The notes under the pieces were generated by a model that saw only the letters and a program-made list of their open reading frames with translations, searched no databases and had not been told where the DNA came from. Of a stretch of 64,000 bases of DNA, positions 47,895 to 57,263 are shown in pieces (position 1 is the stretch's first letter; each line of letters opens with the position of its first letter). The stretch spans positions 15,219 through 79,218 of the IMG/VR virus record IMGVR_UViG_3300047546_002006; one strand, given 5' to 3'. The position numbers were made by a program, and so were the translations under genes. This DNA comes from a virus.

Positions 47895-47923
47895 TTAACG
47901 AATGATTACTCGCCTTAGTATAT

Positions 47924-48277
47924 CTAATTTTGTGGAGTTACAGATCGCAAGATTTCTTTTTGCTCTATTGTTTTTGCTTGCAATTTTTTCTTCAAAAATT
48001 CGGCAGCTCTATGGGTTTGTGTTGTATTTCCGCAGGTATACAGATCAATAGCGCAATATCCCATCTCCGGCCATGTATGAATGGACGCATGAGATTCCGC
48101 CAGTAATGCTAGAAGCGTCACTCCTTGTGGCTGAAACTTTTCTCCAAAGATACGGAGAATAGTTGCATTAGCCATGACGAGCGAAGCTTCTAGCAGACGC
48201 TGCAGTTCTTCATAATCATCCAAGATGCCATGATCACAGTCATAGAGATCGAGGATTAAATGGCGACCATTGCTCAC
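47924..48277 (-). CDS. speD: S-adenosylmethionine decarboxylase proenzyme
   Basis: GRHLILDLY, FQPQGVT, LAESHASIHTWPE (Glu-Ser cleavage site), DLYTCG. Confidence 0.93.
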   Translation of the reverse strand: MSNGRHLILDLYDCDHGILDDYEELQRLLEASLVMANATILRIFGEKFQPQGVTLLALLAESHASIHTWPEMGYCAIDLYTCGNTTQTHRAAEFLKKKLQAKTIEQKEILRSVTPQN

Positions 48278-50922
48278 ATATCGATAGCATTTTCATCCAT
48301 TATGGCATCAGTAGTTGCAGTCAGCACAACACCATACAACTGTTGATACTCTTCAGGTTTGGCAGCGACTTCAACAATGGATGGGTAATTGTCATACTTA
48401 GTCTTATTTGATTCACGTACTGCTGCATTGATAATGCGCATACCCTTAGCCCCTTTCATGCCGTAGACATTCAGTTTGAGCTGGTGCTTACAGATATCAA
48501 GGAACAAGGGTTCAAAACGACCACGAGACATGATGCCAACATTGCAGCTCCTGCTGAATTCCGCGTAGCTGGCATAGAGCCATTCACTCCAGTTCATGTA
48601 GTAACCAGAGCCACCAGCAGGTTGTGCTTTACAGAATCCAACAGGTGAGGACACGCCTGGATCAAAAACAATTTTGTGTTCCATCCAATCCAGCATTGGG
48701 TTGGAACGCAGGGATTGCGTCTTTTCATATTTCTGGAAGAACGAGACATTTTTACCGGTTTCCATGAGGTAAGAGCGCATGTCTTCTTCTGTCATATCAA
48801 GCAGCCAGTTCACCAAACCAGACAGCAGTGGAGCGAAGACACCCTGCGGATTGCCCTTGGTATCGAACTTGATCAGTTCTTTTTGTTCTGCTTGACCTCC
48901 CTCGAAGGGGCGATCGAATGGAATGGTAAGACGACGGCGGGCAAGACCAGATGTGTAATCAGTGGACTGGATGGCTTCGTTAGCTGTGATCATGACCATC
49001 CCGTGGTACTGAAATGGATCTTGGCTTTCAGTTTGGTATTTACGTTCGGAGCGAATCCAATCATTACCTGTGATGGCTTTGAGTTTGGAAACAGAACCAC
49101 CCCAACGGTCAGCATCCTGGAAGAGCAGGAGCTTTTTACCCATGTAACTGGCGGCTTCAAACCGATTTTTCTCCAGGTTTTCAAAGTCTGTGGAGTAGGT
49201 GTTTTGCTTACCGACCAGTGCGACTGCCAGGTTTGCGTAGGTAGATTTACCTGATTTACCAGGACCCACAATCTCTACAAACTTCTGGATCTCGTAGCGA
49301 CCAAGGAGTGTGGCACGCAGCCAGGCACGCAGAACTTGAGTGCGATTCCAGCTGTTGTGTTGCGTATGCTTCAGCCATTTAACAATGTCTTCACATGTTG
49401 CCCCTGGATCATATTCATAGGGCATCTGTTGGATGAGGTGAAGGTTACGATCAAACGGCAAGAGTTCTCTTGAGGTGACATCAAGGACACCATTTGTGAA
49501 AAGCAGGTAGTCTGACCCGTCATACCAGTCATCAAATGGCACCTCAGATTGCAATTGCGCATATACATCATTCATGAGGTTAGTGCTGAATCCTTTGGGA
49601 AGAAATTCAGATGCCACCAACACCTTGAGCTTGGAGCGAATATCACCAAGCATTTCAACTTTTGTTAATGCCTCCCAGAGTCCTTTGCGTTTGTTGTATA
49701 AGAAGAACTGACCATGGGGTTGACTGTACCGCAGATCCCCTGTATACATTGTCAGCACCGTATCTGCGACAAGGTCCGATGAAGGGTTACGTGAGCGGTT
49801 GTTGTCTTGGTCTGATTTCTTTTCTTTGCTGCCAAACGACGCACGCGGCTGTGTATTCCACGTATCAGTTGTGTGAGAAGTGCGCGGTTTTTCAGCCAGT
49901 GCCATCGCCGTCTGTCCTAAATCGTTTTCAATTTTTTCAATTAATGCAGACACATGTTCAAGTGTCGCATCATCAACAGGCATTACCTTGTGATCTTGAG
50001 AAGGCTGCCAGCCATTCTCCTGAGCAATATGAATCAATGACCCAAGAGTTCTGCCGCCACCACGACTAAAGGAAAGCCAGCGGCGGTGACATTCACCATC
50101 CCTGTACTTTTCCGATTGCTTGGACCAGTTATCCCACTCTTCTAACAGGGATTCGTCTAAGGAGTGCAGGGATTGCCCAACAGTGATCCAGATGTCGTAG
50201 TCATCTGCAGCCTCTGGGGGCATTGCCCACATTGCCTCCCGAGCAACTTGGATGTCACGATCTAGTCCAACTTCAGCTTGGATAGCGAAGTTTGCACCAG
50301 CCATGCGTGTGGTTTCTGTGGCTGGCTTCCCTTGCTTGACATTTTTATTGATGATGGCGTTCAGGATCCAGGCAGGGAATTGCGGCAGGTTTTGCACCCA
50401 CTCAAAACCATGTCCTTCAACGGTGTAGTAACCATCTGTCTCAGGGTGTAAACCCATGAGAACACCCTGGTGGCGTTTCCAGAGGATCTCTAATTTTTCT
50501 TTATTTTCTTCACCATGCCATGTGTATTTATTGCGGATGATGTGTTTATGGGACTCACGGTCTAGTTTGTACAACCGACGTTCACGCCCTTCTTTGCCGC
50601 TGAAAACGGTCAGCGTGGGAGGCAATGCATCTTTAAAAGAGGTGCCAGCCAGTTCTTCTACGAGTTTGTAAACGCTGGGGCCATCCACATCAACCCAGAT
50701 CAAGCCGTAGGGATGGTTATAGACGGGACCACCAAGCAGGCCAATTGCCTTACAACGACCCGTAGTAAGTTCTTCTTCTATTTCGTGAACACTGAATGGT
50801 TTGGCTTGCCAGCCAACAACGTATGGATCTTTGTTGGCACCGAGTGGTGTGAGAGGCCAGTCAACGGGGATGTAGTCGAGGCGGATTTCACCAGGCTTAA
50901 GGGAGTATTGATTTGTATTCAT
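48274..50922 (-). CDS. Prim-Pol / PriCT-2 / D5-like SF3 primase-helicase
   Basis: WVDVDG prim-pol; YDIWITVGQSL..WDNWS PriCT-2; GPGKSGKST Walker A; LKAITGND; RRRL. Confidence 0.92.
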   Translation of the reverse strand: MNTNQYSLKPGEIRLDYIPVDWPLTPLGANKDPYVVGWQAKPFSVHEIEEELTTGRCKAIGLLGGPVYNHPYGLIWVDVDGPSVYKLVEELAGTSFKDALPPTLTVFSGKEGRERRLYKLDRESHKHIIRNKYTWHGEENKEKLEILWKRHQGVLMGLHPETDGYYTVEGHGFEWVQNLPQFPAWILNAIINKNVKQGKPATETTRMAGANFAIQAEVGLDRDIQVAREAMWAMPPEAADDYDIWITVGQSLHSLDESLLEEWDNWSKQSEKYRDGECHRRWLSFSRGGGRTLGSLIHIAQENGWQPSQDHKVMPVDDATLEHVSALIEKIENDLGQTAMALAEKPRTSHTTDTWNTQPRASFGSKEKKSDQDNNRSRNPSSDLVADTVLTMYTGDLRYSQPHGQFFLYNKRKGLWEALTKVEMLGDIRSKLKVLVASEFLPKGFSTNLMNDVYAQLQSEVPFDDWYDGSDYLLFTNGVLDVTSRELLPFDRNLHLIQQMPYEYDPGATCEDIVKWLKHTQHNSWNRTQVLRAWLRATLLGRYEIQKFVEIVGPGKSGKSTYANLAVALVGKQNTYSTDFENLEKNRFEAASYMGKKLLLFQDADRWGGSVSKLKAITGNDWIRSERKYQTESQDPFQYHGMVMITANEAIQSTDYTSGLARRRLTIPFDRPFEGGQAEQKELIKFDTKGNPQGVFAPLLSGLVNWLLDMTEEDMRSYLMETGKNVSFFQKYEKTQSLRSNPMLDWMEHKIVFDPGVSSPVGFCKAQPAGGSGYYMNWSEWLYASYAEFSRSCNVGIMSRGRFEPLFLDICKHQLKLNVYGMKGAKGMRIINAAVRESNKTKYDNYPSIVEVAAKPEEYQQLYGVVLTATTDAIMDENAIDM

Positions 50923-51107
50923 CGCACATCCAGTGAGTCGTCAAGCTTTACTTTAAAGTCTCGATCGGGGAAATAGCCCTCTTTTAGGAGCGAGAAAGCA
51001 TGCATATGCATACTGGTGGGCAGACAAAAAATGTCCCCTTCCACCGCATTATTCATGCGGTTCATGAGGCTATTTGTCCACTCACCCACAGAAACGTGGA
51101 TGTCCAT
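50919..51107 (-). CDS. Hypothetical protein
   Basis: 62 aa coupled to the primase start. Confidence 0.6.
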   Translation of the reverse strand: MDIHVSVGEWTNSLMNRMNNAVEGDIFCLPTSMHMHAFSLLKEGYFPDRDFKVKLDDSLDVR

Positions 51108-51160
51108 GAGGAGGGATTTGAGTGTCTCTTTATCCTACGCCTGGCAATCCAGGGAAAAGG

Positions 51161-51337
51161 TTACGCATTTCCAGAGATTTGAGACTCACAAGACTTGCAT
51201 TTAGATTCATATTCCCGCATGATTCTGTCATAGATCATCACAGGATCTTCTTTGCTTTGCAGGCAGACTGTGGTTGCAATATCCCAGGCGATACGTTTTT
51301 GTTTCTTGATCGGATCTTCTTGCGTCCAAGCAATCAT
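51161..51337 (-). CDS. 58-aa hypothetical protein (absent from ORF track)
   Basis: TAATG coupling; MIAWTQEDPIKKQKRIAWDIATTVCLQSKEDPVMIYDRIMREYESKCKSCESQISGNA. Confidence 0.6.
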   Translation of the reverse strand: MIAWTQEDPIKKQKRIAWDIATTVCLQSKEDPVMIYDRIMREYESKCKSCESQISGNA

Positions 51338-52182
51338 TAGTCGTTCAGCGTATTAATTACTTCCAGTTGATTGTAGTATTCCTCTACAATCTTGTACCAG
51401 TCGGCATGAAGTGCATCCAGGAACCGCCTGGAGATCTTAAAGATTTGAGTGCGTACTGGCGTTGACACCAGGATGGCGGCTTGTTGAACCGTCATGCCAA
51501 GTGTTTGCGTAATGGCAATGTCGTATGCCGCCAGTTGTTTTAATGTTTTTTTAAATTTCATGTGACCACCTAGGAGATCACGCCATTCAGGTGAACCTTT
51601 CTCCAGATCCTTGGGCCATTTGCGGCTATATGGTTTAACGCTTGTCTTTAAGTCAGCAAGAGTGAGCTTATTATTAACCACCCCAATAATGTCGGGAGCA
51701 CCAGCCCAAGCTCGCCCGTCAGGATCGCAACCCCACACACGAGCCACGTCATCAGCACCAACAGTAAAATTGAACTTATTAAGAACAGGTGTTTCAGCCC
51801 ATAGTACCTCTTGGAATTGATCCAGAATTGCTGGCATACCTGACCAAAAATCCGCATATTCAGGTGGTATTTCTGGCTCTTTATTGCCTTTAAGGTACTG
51901 CTCCATGCCATAATGAATGGCTGTACCACGTTCCGCAGCAGCTTCTTTGACCCCAGGGTTAGCCTTGGACCACATTTCAAGCTTCCGTTTGTTTGCTTCG
52001 GATGCTGTTTCACTGATGATGGTGGTTACGGACGGTGCAGGACCAGATGGAAGCGGAGTGGTATAGTGCCTTTTACCATTAAGCGTAATTCTGGTTGCGG
52101 TCCTATTAAGGTTCCGCATAAGATCTGGCTGCTGATCCTGGAGTTTTACCCAGGAATCTTGTGATTCAAGTCTAGCAACCAC
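51337..52182 (-). CDS. PD-(D/E)xK exonuclease (Cas4/RecB-like phage nuclease)
   Basis: PSVTTII, ERGTAIH, AGAPD...ADLKTS, QLAAY. Confidence 0.9.
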   Translation of the reverse strand: MVARLESQDSWVKLQDQQPDLMRNLNRTATRITLNGKRHYTTPLPSGPAPSVTTIISETASEANKRKLEMWSKANPGVKEAAAERGTAIHYGMEQYLKGNKEPEIPPEYADFWSGMPAILDQFQEVLWAETPVLNKFNFTVGADDVARVWGCDPDGRAWAGAPDIIGVVNNKLTLADLKTSVKPYSRKWPKDLEKGSPEWRDLLGGHMKFKKTLKQLAAYDIAITQTLGMTVQQAAILVSTPVRTQIFKISRRFLDALHADWYKIVEEYYNQLEVINTLND

Positions 52183-52329
52183 GTTTGGTTTTGTATATTA
52201 TTCTCAGAGTATCACACTTAGAGGCTTACTGCGAATGGATGATTTTAAGTATGCAATTGCTAGCATTTTATTTGCCATGCTTGCAGTAACCGCCATGGAT
52301 GCTTATGTTATTTTTATTGCATCCAAACC

Positions 52330-52572
52330 GTGAACGGTCTGCAAAAAACCTGGTACTGGATCCAAGGCTGGTACTCGTGCCTTTCATGGATTGTGCTTGT
52401 ACTGCTTCAAGAATTATTTTGTTTTATTAAAAACATGGGCTGCAATTTAACACGGTTTTATTACGACATTGATGGTTGGCCAGTAACAGAAGATATTGAA
52501 ACAGCAGAAGCTGATGAATATGAAAAAAAACTAGAGGAACAGGATATTGACTATACTCGAATTGATTTATAA
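52330..52572 (+). CDS. Hypothetical protein (start may be ATG 52435)
   Basis: Acidic C-terminal domain. Confidence 0.5.
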   Translation: MNGLQKTWYWIQGWYSCLSWIVLVLLQELFCFIKNMGCNLTRFYYDIDGWPVTEDIETAEADEYEKKLEEQDIDYTRIDL

Positions 52573-52583
52573 ATCATCCAACG

Positions 52584-53156
52584 ATGTGGGAAGAGTATTT
52601 TGCTGGCATCAAATCTGAACTTGGCGCCAGGTCTCACGGCTTTGAAAGAATTTTTGCACATTTAAATCAACGCCCAAATCCAACGATCATTGAAACCGGT
52701 ACATACCGAGAAGAAAACAACTACCGTGGTGACGGTTGCTCCACATTATTGTTTGATAATTATGTGCACCACCAAGGTGGCACACTAATATCTGTTGACA
52801 TTGATCCCAAGGCTTGTGAGTTGGCACGAATGTCAACAACACATGCGGAAGTTGTGGAATCAGATTCAGTTGAATTTCTTTCTACGCTAAAAGGAAAAGC
52901 CGATTTACTTTATTTAGATTCTTATAACATTGAAAATTGGGCAAATGATTGGGCTCCAGCTGCGCATCATCTTAAGGAATTGTTTGCCGCAAAAGATGTA
53001 ATCAAAGATGGAACTTTGATTGTTGTAGATGACAACATTAAACAAGGGAGTAAGCGCCTTGGAAAAGGTCGATTAATTTATGAGTTGATGGACTCCCTTG
53101 GAATCGAACCGTTCCTTGATGAGTACCAAGTTGGTTGGGTTTGGTACGAAATGTAA
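52584..53156 (+). CDS. Class I SAM-dependent methyltransferase (Methyltransf_24-like)
   Basis: IIETGT, SVDID, DSVEFL, LLYLDS, IVVDD. Confidence 0.85.
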   Translation: MWEEYFAGIKSELGARSHGFERIFAHLNQRPNPTIIETGTYREENNYRGDGCSTLLFDNYVHHQGGTLISVDIDPKACELARMSTTHAEVVESDSVEFLSTLKGKADLLYLDSYNIENWANDWAPAAHHLKELFAAKDVIKDGTLIVVDDNIKQGSKRLGKGRLIYELMDSLGIEPFLDEYQVGWVWYEM

Positions 53157-53280
53157 ACCGTACTCATTTGTTGTGGATACCGTATTTACAATTTAACGGT
53201 ATCCATTGATCATGTTTATAGGTTAATTACTACCTATAGATATGGTCTCATATATACTGAGAGGACCAAAGATTTCTGAA

Positions 53281-53499
53281 ATGGCGTTATCTAATCAAGT
53301 TAAAGATGCTATTGATCAAGCAAGTAATCATCTGCGAGACGCTTTGGCATTTGCTGCACGAGCCGAGCATCCGATCACGATCTCCACCATCACAGACATC
53401 TTGGTACGCTTGGAGTCCTTAGAGTGCATGGACGAACTCATGCAGAAATTCCGTAAGACAGGCAATGGCAGGGAAGTACCGGATACCTACGGAAGCTGA
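53281..53499 (+). CDS. Hypothetical helical protein
   Basis: MALSNQVKDAIDQA...LRDALAFAAR; GAGGA upstream. Confidence 0.65.
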   Translation: MALSNQVKDAIDQASNHLRDALAFAARAEHPITISTITDILVRLESLECMDELMQKFRKTGNGREVPDTYGS

Positions 53500-53647
53500 G
53501 CGACTGGAGAGGTACTTCATAGAGCTTGCCCGTGTAATTCCTAACCCTGGTAGGGACTGGGCCAAGAGTGCTGCACCGTGTAAGTATCTTAAACTATTAA
53601 AAGAACGCAAGGAACGGTTACAAAATGCCACAGAAGAAACCGGGTGA
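53465..53647 (+). CDS. Hypothetical protein
   Basis: 60-aa ORF in a chain of short overlaps. Confidence 0.5.
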   Translation: MAGKYRIPTEAERLERYFIELARVIPNPGRDWAKSAAPCKYLKLLKERKERLQNATEETG

Positions 53648-53792
53648 TCCTGGCTTGTATGCCAATGTTCATGCCAAGCGTGAGCGCATTGCAAAAGGCA
53701 GCGACGAAAAGATGCGTAAGCCTGGTGAGAAAGGTGCACCTACTGCCAAAGCATTTAAGCAGTCTGCTAAGACAGCAAAGAAAAAGAAATAG
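53625..53792 (+). CDS. 55-aa basic phage protein (absent from ORF track)
   Basis: MPQKKPGDPGLYANVHAKRERIAKGSDEKMRKPGEKGAPTAKAFKQSAKTAKKKK; GLYAN.HAKR family familiar from phage genomes. Confidence 0.8.
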   Translation: MPQKKPGDPGLYANVHAKRERIAKGSDEKMRKPGEKGAPTAKAFKQSAKTAKKKK

Positions 53793-53796
53793 TTTA

Positions 53797-53858
53797 TACT
53801 GATTGCGCTCAACTGTACACGCTCGCGAGTCTTCGGCCCGTGAAGTTGGAGTCGGTAA
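53797..53858 (+). ncRNA. Candidate structured RNA upstream of the tRNA pair
   Basis: Nested stems TACTGATT/AGTCGGTA, CAACT/AGTTG, TCGCG/CGTGA around a CTTCG loop. Confidence 0.35.
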
Positions 53859-53869
53859 GGAAGAACTTG

Positions 53870-53899
53870 ATTCCTGGCTTGAGCAACCAGGAATTTTTT
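53870..53899 (+). terminator. Rho-independent terminator
   Basis: ATTCCTGG-cttgagcaa-CCAGGAAT followed by a T run. Confidence 0.8.
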
Positions 53900-53918
53900 G
53901 TGTTATCTTGATGTTGAT

Positions 53919-53992
53919 CGAGGTGTAGCGCAGTTTGGTAGCGCATCTGCTTTGGGAGCAGAGGGCCGCAGGTTCAAATCCTGCCATCTCGA
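53919..53992 (+). tRNA. tRNA-Pro(UGG)
   Basis: Cloverleaf; anticodon arm TCTGC-tttggga-GCAGA; T-loop GGTTCAAATCC; no encoded CCA. Confidence 0.95.
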
Positions 53993-53995
53993 TAT

Positions 53996-54067
53996 GCTGG
54001 ATTAGCTCAGTGGTAGAGCAGCAGTTTTGTAAACTGCCGGCCGTCAGTTCAAGTCTGACATCCAGCT
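53996..54067 (+). tRNA. tRNA-Thr(UGU)
   Basis: Acceptor GCTGGAT/ATCCAGC; anticodon arm GCAGT-tttgtaa-ACTGC; T-loop GTTCAAGT; no encoded CCA. Confidence 0.95.
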
Positions 54068-54104
54068 TTAATTCGTTATATTAATAAGAGCGTATTTGAT
54101 ATGG

Positions 54105-54359
54105 ATGCCAAGCGCATCACGTAAGCAACGTATCAATAAGAATCGAGAGAAGCTTCTTGAGTACAAGAAGACCTTGGAGTGCGAGCAGTGTGGGTTGAAG
54201 GATTATCGCGTGATTGAATTCCATCACGTCAGTGAAAAAGATATGAACGTATCAACGATGGTAAAAGATGGATACGGCTGGAGCCGCATCCAAGAAGAGA
54301 TTAGTAAATGTATACCACTATGTTGTAATTGCCATAGAGTAGAGCATTGGTGCAATTAA
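54105..54359 (+). CDS. HNH endonuclease-like protein
   Basis: CEQCG....IEFHH...C.PLCCNCHRVEH. Confidence 0.85.
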   Translation: MPSASRKQRINKNREKLLEYKKTLECEQCGLKDYRVIEFHHVSEKDMNVSTMVKDGYGWSRIQEEISKCIPLCCNCHRVEHWCN

Positions 54360-56494
54360 CGTCCAAAGATTGAACCACGATTTAATAAGTTTGCAAATTG
54401 TTCAATGCGTGAACCGGCTTGATCCCACCAAGGGCGACCAACAGTTCTAGTTCCAGCAACAGAACCATAAGGCACTTCAATGAGTCTGCCGTTTAAAACA
54501 GCTTTACCCCCCCTTGGTCGAATAGAAGGTGTAGGTCCTGCGTATGCAGCAGAAGGTGCGGGTTGATTTCTTGTAACCCAATCTTTACCTGTTTGCGCTT
54601 TATATGCACGATTAAGTGATTTACCTGTTTCAATTAATCCAAGCCCACCAAGAACACCACCAGCCAAAGGAAGACTTGATCCAATTACAGCAGCAGGTCT
54701 TGCATAACCAGCGGCACGAAGAGCTTGCAAGCCTTTAGCTGTTGCTCCACCAGCAGCTGAACCAATGGCAGTGTTCAATGCAGCTGTGGTGCCAGCCTGC
54801 GCATAATTGCCTTGAGCAAGAGCATCAATTACTGCAGGGTCCATTGCTGTTGCAATAGCACCAGTTGCTAAACCACCAAGACCTAAACCCTGAATTGGCT
54901 TTGATTGTTCAATTAAATTCTCAACAGTTTTATTAAGTAACTTATTGGCTGCTTGTGGACGCAAATTATCTCTATAAATAGTAATTTTACTTAAACCTTC
55001 CTCTGCATTTCCAAAAGGATCCAAAGGATTTATAGGATTTGTATAGCTATTAATTGGCGTTATTCCAAGGGCGTTATAACGAGCTCTTTCATATTTAAAC
55101 ATTTGATCCATTTCATCAACATTAAAAGCTGTATATCTTGCCTTATCAGAAGGAGGTAAAATACCCAACTGACGCAAATCTGTTTTACTTGCAAAAGAAC
55201 CAAACGGGCTTAGTGTTTGCCCTTCTACTGGAAACTGACCAAGGATTCCGGTTACAGCTTGTGTAGCAGGAGTTGCTGGCTCTCCAACGTTTGGTACTAA
55301 ACGTGCAAAGCGTTCAATGGCTTGGAACTCTGTAATGTTTTCTGCCTTTGCAAGTTGCTGCAAATTTTGGCGCAAAATATCTCCTGGCCCACGGTTTGCC
55401 CCCCGTAAATTTTGGACTGAATATGCAAAAGGTAAATTTCTTTCAGCAAGAAGCGCTTGTAAATCACCAGCTGTTAATTCCCCCCTTGCACCAATTAAAT
55501 CTTTTCTAAAGTGAATATCACCAGAGCTTCCCCGACTTGAAGTAACACCCCAAGAAGGCCCTGTGCCTGGGCCAAGATCCTCATATTGTTTAAAACGTAC
55601 ACGTGGTTCTTTATATGGAGTTTCTAAAATATCCCCAGTATATAAATATTTTGCTTCTTTTGAAGGATCTGCGTTAATTCGCGAAATATAAATAGAAGGA
55701 TTTTCCTGGGCAAACTTTTGCCCTTGCCCCCAATTACCTTCTGCATAGCTATACTGTGGTCTTTCTAGATTTCCCCAAATATATCCAGCGGCTCCAGGCG
55801 TTTTATTGGAAAGAGTTTCAAGTTTATTTTCTAATCTTGCCAGTTCTTTTGTTGTTTCCGGACTTTTGTTTGTATGGAAAAGGCCAGAAGGAGAAACAAA
55901 TTGTGAGTATTCAAAGTGAGCTTTGCCTAATTTATCTGCTAAAATTTCTGCATAATCTTTAGCAAAACGACTGGGATCTGGTCCAGGTGTAACCGTAATT
56001 GCTTGTATATCCCCTTCGGGAAAAATTGTTTTATTTGCTACAGCTTGTTGATAAGAACCTAATTCCGAACTTGGCGTATCAGGTTTAGCCAATAAATATT
56101 CTGGGTATGTTTTTTCAGTTTTGTATAGATCATCGGTACGAATAAGTCTATCAAATACACGGCTACTTGCAGCACGTTGGCTTAACGGAATTGTTTCCTT
56201 GTTAGTAAGTTTTCCTTGAATATTTGCACCACGAGATACATCAAATAAATTTGGATCGGCGTTAGGAAACATCCTTTGCGCTTCTTGTTGTTTAATTACG
56301 GTTGTATTTTCTAATAAATTTTGGAATGGAAGAATTGTACCAAAAGGAACTGCTGCTGTTGCGGCTCCCAAACTACCCATTAACTTCAACGCATCTTCGC
56401 GTTGTTGTTGAGCTTCTTTAATTTTTTCTTTATCAGCAGCAGAAAGAGTGCCAACAATTGTTGTTGAATTAGGTAGTAGCTGAAAAGGATTCAT
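54356..56494 (-). CDS. Large hypothetical protein with C-terminal Gly/Ala hydrophobic region
   Basis: 712 aa, AT-rich codons; GLGLGGLATGA and AIGSAAGGA segments. Confidence 0.7.
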   Translation of the reverse strand: MNPFQLLPNSTTIVGTLSAADKEKIKEAQQQREDALKLMGSLGAATAAVPFGTILPFQNLLENTTVIKQQEAQRMFPNADPNLFDVSRGANIQGKLTNKETIPLSQRAASSRVFDRLIRTDDLYKTEKTYPEYLLAKPDTPSSELGSYQQAVANKTIFPEGDIQAITVTPGPDPSRFAKDYAEILADKLGKAHFEYSQFVSPSGLFHTNKSPETTKELARLENKLETLSNKTPGAAGYIWGNLERPQYSYAEGNWGQGQKFAQENPSIYISRINADPSKEAKYLYTGDILETPYKEPRVRFKQYEDLGPGTGPSWGVTSSRGSSGDIHFRKDLIGARGELTAGDLQALLAERNLPFAYSVQNLRGANRGPGDILRQNLQQLAKAENITEFQAIERFARLVPNVGEPATPATQAVTGILGQFPVEGQTLSPFGSFASKTDLRQLGILPPSDKARYTAFNVDEMDQMFKYERARYNALGITPINSYTNPINPLDPFGNAEEGLSKITIYRDNLRPQAANKLLNKTVENLIEQSKPIQGLGLGGLATGAIATAMDPAVIDALAQGNYAQAGTTAALNTAIGSAAGGATAKGLQALRAAGYARPAAVIGSSLPLAGGVLGGLGLIETGKSLNRAYKAQTGKDWVTRNQPAPSAAYAGPTPSIRPRGGKAVLNGRLIEVPYGSVAGTRTVGRPWWDQAGSRIEQFANLLNRGSIFGR

Positions 56495-56495
56495 A

Positions 56496-57215
56496 TTAAC
56501 GAATTAAACCATATCCTTGATTATAAACTCGTCGCATTAATGGATCTGCTGCGGCAAAGATTCGTTGGACTTCTCGACGTTCATTTGGAGAAGGTGGACC
56601 GATTTCATTTTTTGCATACATACTTATGCCCTGCGGCACATATGTTGAAGGATAAGCTAAAACATCTTCTTGAGGATTGGGACCAGAAGCTTCATATGGA
56701 ATATTTAATTTGTTAAGGACACCAGCTGCTACACCTTGTGCATGTGTTTCTTCAACAATAGAAGGTTTGCCAAACGTTTCATGTGCCCACCTTAAACGTT
56801 GACCAGTGTCTCTTGGAATTGAACCAGGAGATGAAATTCCTTCTAGTTGCGTACGACCAAATGAAGGATTGAATGTTGTTTGTTTTAATGCAGAGGGAAA
56901 TACAGCATGTGCACCTTCATGTGCAACAGTATGCACAGTTCCGCCTAATGGATCTACATAGCCTGTTGTTCTTTGACTTGGGTCATTATTAAATACGACT
57001 CCCATGCCAGTGCCCCACATTGGAGAGCCTTCTATTGCCATTACTGAATTGGCTGGTTGCAAATTAAATGTTTTACCACTTTGTTGGTTTAACAGATTAA
57101 CAACAGCTTGAGTTTGTTCTGTCGGTTGGAACCCATTTCCAGGCACAAAATTAAATGCAGGAGTTTTTAGTGTCCTGCGATTCATGTAGTCTTGAAATAA
57201 AGAAGGATCAGCCAT
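56496..57215 (-). CDS. Putative zincin metallopeptidase
   Basis: TVAHEGAH (HExxH) plus downstream EE.HA. Confidence 0.65.
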   Translation of the reverse strand: MADPSLFQDYMNRRTLKTPAFNFVPGNGFQPTEQTQAVVNLLNQQSGKTFNLQPANSVMAIEGSPMWGTGMGVVFNNDPSQRTTGYVDPLGGTVHTVAHEGAHAVFPSALKQTTFNPSFGRTQLEGISSPGSIPRDTGQRLRWAHETFGKPSIVEETHAQGVAAGVLNKLNIPYEASGPNPQEDVLAYPSTYVPQGISMYAKNEIGPPSPNERREVQRIFAAADPLMRRVYNQGYGLIR

Positions 57216-57263
57216 TTTTTTTACCTTAAAGTAATGTATTAAGAAATTAAGGAGTTAATTCCA

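Noticed and set aside
46863-50069. Plus-strand ORFs (240, 192 and 135 aa) opposite the GT and primase
   Set aside because: Antisense shadows of well-supported minus-strand genes
51337-52182. Cas4-like nuclease as evidence of a CRISPR system
   Set aside because: Stand-alone PD-(D/E)xK nucleases are common in phage replication modules; no array or other cas genes seen
53589-53987. 132-aa minus-strand ORF
   Set aside because: Antisense to tRNA-Pro and to a recognisable + strand small gene
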